In this document: positions 50,314 to 58,210 of the stretch, piece by piece
Numbering within the stretch: position 1 is the first letter of the stretch
How the letters are laid out: each line of letters starts with the position of its first letter
Assembly (NCBI GenBank): GCA_965197475.1
Contig: CBDANF010000003.1
Coordinates: 384,001 to 448,000 of the forward strand
Direction of reading: 5' to 3'
Length of the DNA stretch: 64,000 nt
DNA from: Candidatus Poribacteria bacterium
Lineage (GTDB): Bacteria; Poribacteria; WGA-4E; WGA-3G
Notes under the pieces: generated by a model
What the model was told of the DNA's origin: nothing
The model's input: only the letters and a program-made list of their open reading frames with translations
Databases searched by the model: none
Program-made: the position numbers and the translations under genes

Positions 50314-50431
50314 AATAGAACATTTACAATCGAATCTAAAATACTTATGCATTTTTTGCGAGTGTGCGGCGTTTGTAGTCGCGCAATTCACACGCCTCTT
50401 ACATTTCGTAGAAGACGACCGTAGGTTTTAC

Positions 50432-50686
50432 TCATTCTTTCAAATAGTGTCGTGCGCGGGATTTTGCAAGGCGCATTAGGTGCTCAAGCTGCAAACAGTG
50501 GTTAAGTTCTGCCGTTTCTTCAGGGGCAAGTCCGGTTGTTTTCTCACGATGAATCAGATATGCAACCCGCTCCTTCGCTTCTTCAGAAGGGCAAAAATCT
50601 ACCAAATTTTGAGGTGTCGTCCCCGCCGCTATGAAATCAATGATTTCTCTATAAATGGGTGAGATTTGCATTGAATTTTCCTCCAT
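50432..50686 (-). CDS. Small hypothetical helical protein (antitoxin-like)
   Basis: 84 aa; EIIDFIAAG...PSEEAKERV..L..REK...L.PEE..EL...LEHLMRLAK.RAR. Confidence 0.65.
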   Translation of the reverse strand: MEENSMQISPIYREIIDFIAAGTTPQNLVDFCPSEEAKERVAYLIHREKTTGLAPEETAELNHCLQLEHLMRLAKSRARHYLKE

Positions 50687-50776
50687 AATTTGATGAATAA
50701 ACCTTACGTTTCAGTTTTACTTATAGTTTGTATCAAATGACCCCATGAGTTATACTATTAGTATTCGTTAAACTAA

Positions 50777-51391
50777 CGAGTAGATGTCCTCGGATCTGAG
50801 GAACCCGCAGGCAAACACATCGCTTTAGCGAAAAAAATCTCCTGTCGACTCAAGCTCAACGATGTTGAAGCCGACCTTGAAGTTTTAGCGACTTATGGGC
50901 TCGCAGGTCTCAGACGGCATCGGATCCTCCGATTGACCCAAGAAGCTTATGACCAAGATGCCTTGCTGAGTTATGAGGATTTGGCAGTGTTATTAACTAC
51001 CAGTCCTGCCACCGTCAAACGCGACATCCGAGCGTTGAAGCAGTCCGGCTATTTCGTGATGACGCGCGGGGCGAAACACGACATGGGCCCGGGACTGTCT
51101 CATAAGACGCAGATTCTTGAGTTGTCCTTCAAAGCATACACCTTCACCGAGATTGAGCAAAAGACGAACCACTCCGAACGGGCTGTCTACCGCTACTTGA
51201 GGGACTTCACACAAGTTGCCACGCTCCATCATCAAGGGTTCCCTAACGCTCAGATACGCCTGATTTCTCATCTCTCTGACCGGTTGATACGCGAGTATCT
51301 CTCGCTGTTCAAGGAATATCAACACACCGATCGCATGACCCAACTCCTTCACCCAGAACCAGAGGACACAAAAAAGGAGGATCTCTCATGA
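50777..51391 (+). pseudogene. DUF1670-like HTH protein, 5'-truncated
   Basis: Frame is open from 50777 with no start codon: EEPAGKH...RILRLTQEAYDQDALLSYEDLA.LL...TRG..HD.GPG.SHK...HS..AV.RY. Confidence 0.7.
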
Positions 51392-52272
51392 GCAAACCTC
51401 TAACACGCACGCAAATCAACGAGAAGAAATTCAGACGCATCAACGATAAATCCCTACGACAGTTGCTTATCCATCGCTTTCTCAATGACTACGGGTATGA
51501 CAAAGGCGAAGTCACTGCCACCGCCATTGTTGATGATATTCTCAAGACCGTTGAAGACTATTTCGTAATTACCCTCCCCTTGGAAAAACTCGCCACCGGT
51601 GATCAACTCCCAGATGAGCGTTTCCTAAGTTATGGACAACTCGTTTGGATGGCCGTCCCTATTGATGAACATCCAGAAAGAGGAAAGTCCATCGTCAAAA
51701 CTCGGATGAAACCCATCATCCTGACCTACCTCGCCGCAGAGGATATTGAATCTTTTAGAAACGGTTTCACCTCCCGGCAATTGCGGATCAATCGCTTGGT
51801 CCGCTGGTGTCATCAAGCTTATGACCAAGGGGCATTATTGACACAACTCGACTTGGCAGTTTTGCTCAATGTCTGCGATGCCGTTGTCTGTGATTATGTT
51901 AATGAATGGCAAAAAACCACTGGAGAACTCTTGCCCACCCGTGGCAATATCCATGACTTATCGGGGGCTATTACCCATAAGAAAGAGATCATAACCCTCT
52001 ATCTTCAAGGACATCTCACCCCCAGGATTGCCGCAAAGACCAAACACTCTAAGGAGGCAGTTGACCGATACATCCGCGATTATGAGAGCGTCAAAGTCGT
52101 TCACACCGCTACCGCAGATATTGACAAAATCTCACAGATTACACGACTTTCTAAACGTGTCATCTCTCAATATCTCGACCTCATACCGCAGCACCAACTC
52201 CAAGCCATAGATGCAGACCTTGCCAATTCAGACTCAAACGATGAAGCCACTCACCAAGGAGAAGCCCAATGA
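51388..52272 (+). CDS. DUF1670-like protein
   Basis: AYDQGALLTQLDLAVLL, LPTRGNIHD, THKKEII.LYL, HSKEAVDRYIRDY; AGGAGG RBS, ATGA coupling. Confidence 0.8.
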   Translation: MSKPLTRTQINEKKFRRINDKSLRQLLIHRFLNDYGYDKGEVTATAIVDDILKTVEDYFVITLPLEKLATGDQLPDERFLSYGQLVWMAVPIDEHPERGKSIVKTRMKPIILTYLAAEDIESFRNGFTSRQLRINRLVRWCHQAYDQGALLTQLDLAVLLNVCDAVVCDYVNEWQKTTGELLPTRGNIHDLSGAITHKKEIITLYLQGHLTPRIAAKTKHSKEAVDRYIRDYESVKVVHTATADIDKISQITRLSKRVISQYLDLIPQHQLQAIDADLANSDSNDEATHQGEAQ

Positions 52273-52339
52273 GACCCTAATCCTATGTTCCCGACGAACT
52301 TTACTTCGCAAAACCGGGGCAGGTGCCTTGAAAGGACGC

Positions 52340-52369
52340 TTGACAGTCCGCTATCGGTTTTGCTATACT
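52340..52369 (+). promoter_or_regulatory. Sigma-70 promoter inside the DUF1670 element
   Basis: TTGACA-N18-TATACT with extended TG; ATG 6 nt downstream opens a 40-aa ORF (52376..52498). Confidence 0.6.
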
Positions 52370-52500
52370 TTAGACATGTGGATCGCTCAGCGCATCGTTT
52401 CTCAAAGAGGATGCTCGCGATCCCAACGCAACCCACTCATCAACGATCGCTGGGAAGCCAATAAACATCAGCCTTCCAGCTATCCTATGGTCATTTGATA

Positions 52501-54615
52501 CTATTTCAAAATCAACATTTTCCGCGTGGCAGAGAATTCTCCTGCTGTTAACGTATAAAAATAGACACCACTCGCCACAGACTCACCTACATCGTTTTTG
52601 GCATCCCAATACGCTGCACGGCTACGATTCTGATAGAGTCCCGCAGTCTGATTGCCCAACGCAAGTCTCCGAACCAAATTTCCATCTGCAGCATAGATGG
52701 ATATGGCGACCTCCGCAGGTGCAGCTAACTGATACGGTATCCATGTTTCTGGGTTGAACGGGTTTGGATAGTTGGGTAAGAGTGCTGTCTCTTTTGGCAG
52801 CGATGTAATCAATAGTTGTTCAAGCATGAGAATACCACGTTGGAAGGTTGGATCAGTGATGTTAACTTTTCGTGCTTCACTTAACCATTGCCGGAGATTG
52901 TTTGCTGAGAACATCTCTTGCGCATCTGCATAGACTGCTGGCGCGCCTGCCGTAGTTCCTAAAGCACCAGCGACTAATACAAGGTCTATAATATCAACCC
53001 TTCCGTCACTATTAACATCTGATGCATTTCCTCTGCCCTTTCCAAAATTAGTGGCAACAAGCACTAAATCTTGTATATTGACAACGCAATCCTTATTCAC
53101 GTCTTTAGTATTAGTGGTGGAACAAGTGATACTTTGACCATCCTCTGAAATAACAGTTTTTAATAATTGTGCACCATCAATCCATGCATAAGATTTTTTC
53201 CCTTCATTGTCTGATAAGATGACATCCCGTAAACCCAATTTTGAAGTTATAATTGCTTGGACTTTAAATTTAACAGTAGCGAATGTTCCATCACCATTAC
53301 TAACATCACCAGATAAGGAAAGCGATGCAAGTTGCACCGTGCCTGAATGTTGATTTGCAATAGGTTGAACTGGCACGCCTCCAGATAAATAATCCCCGTA
53401 TTTGGTTTCTACATATTCAAGCGCATCGGGATCAAATTCTATTGTTGCTTGATACCCAGAGAGGTTTTTACCGTTCGTAATTTTAACATCAAATGCTAAT
53501 TCTTCTCCAATAGTTAAAGATGTAACCGATTCTGGTGAAATACTGACAATTGGATAAGTTGTCAAATCGTATAGTAAAACTGTGTTATCATGACCAGAAG
53601 CAGCTAATATATTACCATCAGGAGAAATCACCATATTATAGATATTTCTTTTGGATAATGTCCGTTTATATTCAAAAGTTGTAACATCAAAAAAATGTAT
53701 TCCATAAGCATCACCACTTATAAGTATATTACTATCTTGAAAGATCAGTGACGATATAATGAAAAGATCACGGTGAAAAAAATTACGGTGAAATTTAAAT
53801 TTCAAATTCTTTGTTTTAGTATTATATAAATAAATATTACGATGATCACCAGCTGCTAAAACATTCCCGTCTGGAGAATATGATACAGAGAAAACTTGAT
53901 CTTGTATTTTAAGTAATGTAACTTCAGTATTTAATTCTGCGTCGTATATCCAAATTCCAAGGCTACAAGCGATGGATAATTCTTTACCATCTGGAGAGTA
54001 ACTTAATCCTCTAATTCCCGGGACTGTTGTAGATGAGGTGGCGAAGGGAACTGATGTAGGACTCGCTTCAGACATATCTACAGCCGGTATATCTGTAGGC
54101 AAGACATCTATAGGTATATCACCTACAGGCAATGCATCTGTAGTGGGTTCGTCTACATTTGAATTCCAAAAACGAATTCCTTTTGGGCCCGCCCCAGCTA
54201 AAGTTGTACCGTCTGGGGAAAAGAGGACATAATCTCTATACCCCTCACCATCTAATAGTAACAGCTTAGGTTCTCCAGTGATTGCATCATATAGCTTATC
54301 ACCACATACAAGCGACTTACCATCTGAGGAATATCGAACATATTTCCCATTAACGTCCTTAATAGTTAATTTTACTGTCTTATTCTCAATATCCCATAGG
54401 TCTACCTGCCGTATCCAATTGACGACACTTGCTAATGTCTTACCATCTGGAGAAAAATCTAAATCTCTAAAAAGTTGATTATCTTGCGTGCATAAACGCG
54501 CTAAAGCATTTTCAGGTAAGCTTAATTGTGTGCAACTCTGTGCTAAAATATCTAACGCAGATAGATTCAATCCCAGAAATAGCGTTAGAAAAATCGAAAA
54601 GTATAGTTTTTTCAT
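52501..54615 (-). CDS. Secreted WD40-cohesin-dockerin protein with T9SS-like C-terminal domain
   Basis: Signal peptide, SPDG repeats, NLSGYQATIEFDP, DVNKDCVVNIQDLVLVA, NYPNPFNPETWIPY...RKMLILK. Confidence 0.88.
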   Translation of the reverse strand: MKKLYFSIFLTLFLGLNLSALDILAQSCTQLSLPENALARLCTQDNQLFRDLDFSPDGKTLASVVNWIRQVDLWDIENKTVKLTIKDVNGKYVRYSSDGKSLVCGDKLYDAITGEPKLLLLDGEGYRDYVLFSPDGTTLAGAGPKGIRFWNSNVDEPTTDALPVGDIPIDVLPTDIPAVDMSEASPTSVPFATSSTTVPGIRGLSYSPDGKELSIACSLGIWIYDAELNTEVTLLKIQDQVFSVSYSPDGNVLAAGDHRNIYLYNTKTKNLKFKFHRNFFHRDLFIISSLIFQDSNILISGDAYGIHFFDVTTFEYKRTLSKRNIYNMVISPDGNILAASGHDNTVLLYDLTTYPIVSISPESVTSLTIGEELAFDVKITNGKNLSGYQATIEFDPDALEYVETKYGDYLSGGVPVQPIANQHSGTVQLASLSLSGDVSNGDGTFATVKFKVQAIITSKLGLRDVILSDNEGKKSYAWIDGAQLLKTVISEDGQSITCSTTNTKDVNKDCVVNIQDLVLVATNFGKGRGNASDVNSDGRVDIIDLVLVAGALGTTAGAPAVYADAQEMFSANNLRQWLSEARKVNITDPTFQRGILMLEQLLITSLPKETALLPNYPNPFNPETWIPYQLAAPAEVAISIYAADGNLVRRLALGNQTAGLYQNRSRAAYWDAKNDVGESVASGVYFYTLTAGEFSATRKMLILK

Positions 54616-54757
54616 GTAGGTAGTTTTCCTTCCTTAGGCATGCGTTTTGATGTTACGCTTTCAAGTATATATTTTGAAAAAGTAAAAGATCAAATTCCTT
54701 TCGTCCAAACTATCTGTCGGCATTGGCGTTGCTGTGAATTGTCCGCATTGGCTGCTT

Positions 54758-54994
54758 TTATTCATTTAGCATTTGTGCAAACGCTTCAATATTTTGCACT
54801 TCAGCAGCTTCAAGATGCAGCTGTTTGAGTTTTTGTGAATCGGCAATGCTTTGAAGTGCTGGTATTAGGGCGCGCACTGCATCTACAGCGAATCGTCTTT
54901 CAAGCAAAGCCAAAGTATTTTCTATGGTGGTCTCTCTGGCAAACTTTTCACTTAATTTTTCACATAGGAGTTGGTAAGTTTTAGATTCTTGCAT
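54758..54994 (-). CDS. Putative internally translated small Rpn C-terminal protein (RpnS-like)
   Basis: In-frame GGAGG-GACTC-ATG inside the Rpn gene, giving a 78-aa product MQESKTYQ... Confidence 0.55.
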   Translation of the reverse strand: MQESKTYQLLCEKLSEKFARETTIENTLALLERRFAVDAVRALIPALQSIADSQKLKQLHLEAAEVQNIEAFAQMLNE

Positions 54995-55633
54995 GAGTCC
55001 CTCCGATACGAGTCGTTCCAACAACTCAGAATTATAGACTACTCCACCGAAGAGGTAGATTCCGTAAAGTAGTTCTGCTTGTGTCTGCTGATCAATAAGG
55101 CTGGAATGCGTCGCGTCAATGCATTGTTGCAACCAGCGTTCAAGATCCATCCCTGCTGGCGGTTTCATGAGTGGGGTTAAGGGCAGAAGTCCTGGTGCCT
55201 GCATCTCTAAAATCGCTTGTCCATCTATTTTTATAAGCCGGATGACTTTATAGCGATTGACGTGTTCGTAACCGTTCCTTTTGTAGGCGTATCCGCCTGG
55301 GTCGTTCCTTCCAGCTCTTGGATGAAAATAGATGACGTTAGAATAGACAGGCATCTGGTATTTACCTACGAGGTATCCCTGATATTGTGCGTTTCTTGCC
55401 CACATCGGTTTTTCTGTACTCTCGCGGAGTTGCAATTCGACATGTAAAATTGCTTCTTGATTGTTGATTCGGACGCGCTTTGTGATGTCGGTGCGCTTCG
55501 CGATGACAGTCTGTTGTTCAGTGTCAAGATGCTCAAGTACTTCAACATCGTCAACGTTGAGGACGAATTTCGAGAGGTCTTCGGCGTGATCTGTCCATAA
55601 AATTTTCCCCATATTATCGTAATCTTGTGCCAT
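54758..55633 (-). CDS. Rpn-family (recombination-promoting nuclease, PD-(D/E)XK) protein
   Basis: KRTD...ILHVELQ, M..R...Y, PVYS.VIY, LLPLTPLM, C-terminal LLERRF helical domain. Confidence 0.8.
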   Translation of the reverse strand: MAQDYDNMGKILWTDHAEDLSKFVLNVDDVEVLEHLDTEQQTVIAKRTDITKRVRINNQEAILHVELQLRESTEKPMWARNAQYQGYLVGKYQMPVYSNVIYFHPRAGRNDPGGYAYKRNGYEHVNRYKVIRLIKIDGQAILEMQAPGLLPLTPLMKPPAGMDLERWLQQCIDATHSSLIDQQTQAELLYGIYLFGGVVYNSELLERLVSEGLMQESKTYQLLCEKLSEKFARETTIENTLALLERRFAVDAVRALIPALQSIADSQKLKQLHLEAAEVQNIEAFAQMLNE

Positions 55634-55639
55634 AGAAGT

Positions 55640-55669
55640 ATTATACACCGGTAGGTAGAGAAATGTCAA
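55640..55669 (-). promoter_or_regulatory. Sigma-70 promoter giving a probably leaderless rpn mRNA
   Basis: TTGACA-N18-TATAAT, 6 nt before ATG 55633, no SD sequence. Confidence 0.65.
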
Positions 55670-55805
55670 TGTGAAAAGTGTGTTGAGGTATGTAAATATT
55701 TTTCACAAGTCAGGCTGCGGTGTCTTCCCAGGGAATGCATTATTTTGTGTCTGATCAGAAATTGACAAATATTTACACATCCGAAATCATTAAACACCCC
55801 TTACA

Positions 55806-57068
55806 CTACAATATCACGAATTCCAAAAGCCGGTGCGCCTCACGCAAAGATTCCTCTACCGTCTCTGGTGTCTTTGCCCGGGCGAAAATGAAACCGAGGT
55901 ATTTATCACCTTCTGGCAACGGCACAACCTCCCCTCCGATAGGAATTGTGATGTTAACCTCCTCAATGCCGTTAACGTTACGTGCTTTCTTTCTGCCGCG
56001 CACTTCACCTAATATGCCAGCTTTCGGGACAGGAATCATCATCACACCTGCTGCCTGTTTTTCGCGATGGAAGGTCTCTATCGGTTGTCCAATTGCATGT
56101 CGGATAACTAGTTCCTCCAGCGACATTCCTGTGCCAAATCGCAACGTACGGGAACAGAGTCCGCCAATCGTGCGTGCGGCAATTTCAATCATAAATGCGC
56201 CTTTTTCATTATACCGCAATTCAGCATGCACAGGTCCGTGTTGAAGTCCTAATGCAACGGCAGCTTCCGCTGTTGTGCTATGCAGTTCATCCTGAATCTC
56301 TGTTGGCAAACGCGATGGTGTGATGTATAGCGTTTCTTCAAAAAAGGGCCCTTCAAGCGGGTCAGGTTTGTCAAAGAGGGCAAGCGTTCTGAGTTCACCC
56401 GCGAGAAGGATACCTTCCAATGCAACCTCTATGCCCGGGATGTAATCCTCAACGAGAAGATATTGAAAAGAATCGTTGTCGGTGTCTAAATCTTTGGATT
56501 CCTTTACTTTGTTGAGAAGTGTGGTGATGCGTTGAAAAGCCCCCGTAAATTGCACTGGATTGTCTGCTCGTATTACGCCACGGCTTGCTGATAGGGACAG
56601 CGGTTTGATGACACACGGATAATTGACTTGTGTGCTAATTTCCTTTACATTATCTTGAATCGAAAAACGTCTGTAGGTAGGTACATACACACCGTTTTTC
56701 TCAAGTGTTTGTCGTAAGCGGTATTTATCGCGCGTGGCTTTTGCTGATGAAATTGGATTGTGTGGAAGCCTAAGTGATACAGATGCGATTGTGGCGAGCA
56801 TGGTAGTGTCATCATCAACACCGACAATTGCTGTAATAGGATGTGTTTTGGCGAATTCGGTGATTGTTTGTGAGGAAGTGGTTGGATTGCGAAAGTCAAG
56901 CACTAAGGTGTCTCGCGGGGAGAGGTCTGCTGTCGTAGCGGGTTCTTCCGATGCAACAACAACTTCTACATTGAGTTTGAGTGCGGCATCAAGGAAGTCG
57001 GTTGCGCGATAGGTACGTGTAGGGAGGAGAAGGAGGACTCTCGGTTTTTCTAAGGCATGTGCCGACAT
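55806..57068 (-). CDS. ATP-grasp domain protein
   Basis: RDKY.LR, YPCVIKP...SASRGV, LVEDYIPG.EVALEG, GPVHAELR, IEIAAR. Confidence 0.88.
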   Translation of the reverse strand: MSAHALEKPRVLLLLPTRTYRATDFLDAALKLNVEVVVASEEPATTADLSPRDTLVLDFRNPTTSSQTITEFAKTHPITAIVGVDDDTTMLATIASVSLRLPHNPISSAKATRDKYRLRQTLEKNGVYVPTYRRFSIQDNVKEISTQVNYPCVIKPLSLSASRGVIRADNPVQFTGAFQRITTLLNKVKESKDLDTDNDSFQYLLVEDYIPGIEVALEGILLAGELRTLALFDKPDPLEGPFFEETLYITPSRLPTEIQDELHSTTAEAAVALGLQHGPVHAELRYNEKGAFMIEIAARTIGGLCSRTLRFGTGMSLEELVIRHAIGQPIETFHREKQAAGVMMIPVPKAGILGEVRGRKKARNVNGIEEVNITIPIGGEVVPLPEGDKYLGFIFARAKTPETVEESLREAHRLLEFVIL

Positions 57069-57119
57069 GTTGAGACCTATAGGGTGTGAGAAAACATCTA
57101 TAATTATCTTTACGCATCG

Positions 57120-57146
57120 GTAGGCGCGGTTTCAAACCGCGCCTAC
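57120..57146. repeat. Perfect GTAG REP palindrome
   Basis: GTAGGCGCGGTTT-C-AAACCGCGCCTAC. Confidence 0.75.
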
Positions 57147-57184
57147 AATAGTGATAATCATCCATCGTTCAAGAACCCGCCCTA

Positions 57185-58138
57185 TTAAATCTGTTTTCGG
57201 AGGTGTTTCTGATACTCTGCATGTGCAGTCTGCGGATCAGACTCTCCATCAAGCACACGGCGAAGACATTGCACAAAACTGATGGGATTATCTTCACCAA
57301 AAATAGTGCGTCCGAACAGGGTGGCGCGCCCACCGTTCTGCACAACGTTATGTGCAAGGGCAAACGTGCTACGTGCATTCTGCCTCGGACCACCCAATGC
57401 ACCGATCACGAGTGTTGTGTCGAATTGGCATAATTCTGTCCAAACATCAGCTGTCGTGTAGGCAGTTTTAATAAACCGAGGACGTTGATGTTTGCGAAGA
57501 TAACTCATCGTGCGGACAATAGAATCGGCAACGTACATGCCTCGTTTTTCTTCATCCATTCCCGGCAATTTAACATTCGGTAAGAAAACCTCTAATAGAT
57601 GGTCAAACCCTTCGATTTCGCCGACAACATGTGCGAATTGCACGTACGCCTGCAACATCCGTTCGTCCACAGTTGGGTCGTTGTTGAGCGTAATTGAATA
57701 TAATCCGAGACTGACTCGGCAATCTAATGCCGGACCAATGAGATTTTCACAATACCGCTGCATGTCTTCTGGGAACACCGTTTGAAAAGGCATTGACGGT
57801 CGCGAGGTGTAAACACCAAAACGCGGGTTCCAAATAGCGGTTTCAGAGTTCATTCGGACAATAGGCGTGATGGGAGTGCTCTCAAAAAGGTTTTCATCAA
57901 GTGCTAGTATCTCCGCATCTGCGGGTGTCATGAGTAGCCCATCAAGCTGCCCATCAGCAACAAGGTCACGTTGGAGCTGTAAAAACTCTCCGTGGGAGCG
58001 ATAATGTGGTTTTGGATGTTGGACTTGTCCGAGTCCTTTAATACCTGCGGATGCAAGTGGGTCAGCGGCGAAAACGAGAATAGGACTTTTCGCCAGCAGG
58101 TCTGTGTCAGCGAGTTTTTCAAATATCCGGTTGCCCAT
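57185..58138 (-). CDS. Uncharacterised aldolase-like TIM-barrel protein
   Basis: LGLYSITLNND, HLLEVF.PN, RFIKTAY, GALGG, ATLFGRTIF; AAGGA RBS. Confidence 0.65.
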   Translation of the reverse strand: MGNRIFEKLADTDLLAKSPILVFAADPLASAGIKGLGQVQHPKPHYRSHGEFLQLQRDLVADGQLDGLLMTPADAEILALDENLFESTPITPIVRMNSETAIWNPRFGVYTSRPSMPFQTVFPEDMQRYCENLIGPALDCRVSLGLYSITLNNDPTVDERMLQAYVQFAHVVGEIEGFDHLLEVFLPNVKLPGMDEEKRGMYVADSIVRTMSYLRKHQRPRFIKTAYTTADVWTELCQFDTTLVIGALGGPRQNARSTFALAHNVVQNGGRATLFGRTIFGEDNPISFVQCLRRVLDGESDPQTAHAEYQKHLRKQI

Positions 58139-58210
58139 ATATAATAAATTCCTTTAAAATGGTGTAGGGTAATTTTGCTTGGTTCTCCCTATACATCGGG
58201 TTAATTGGTA

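Larger units (their letters stand above)
50730..52501. mobile_element. TIR-bounded element carrying two DUF1670-like genes
   Basis: GTATCAAATGACC (50730-50742) / GGTCATTTGATAC (52489-52501), perfect 13-bp inverted repeat. Confidence 0.75.
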
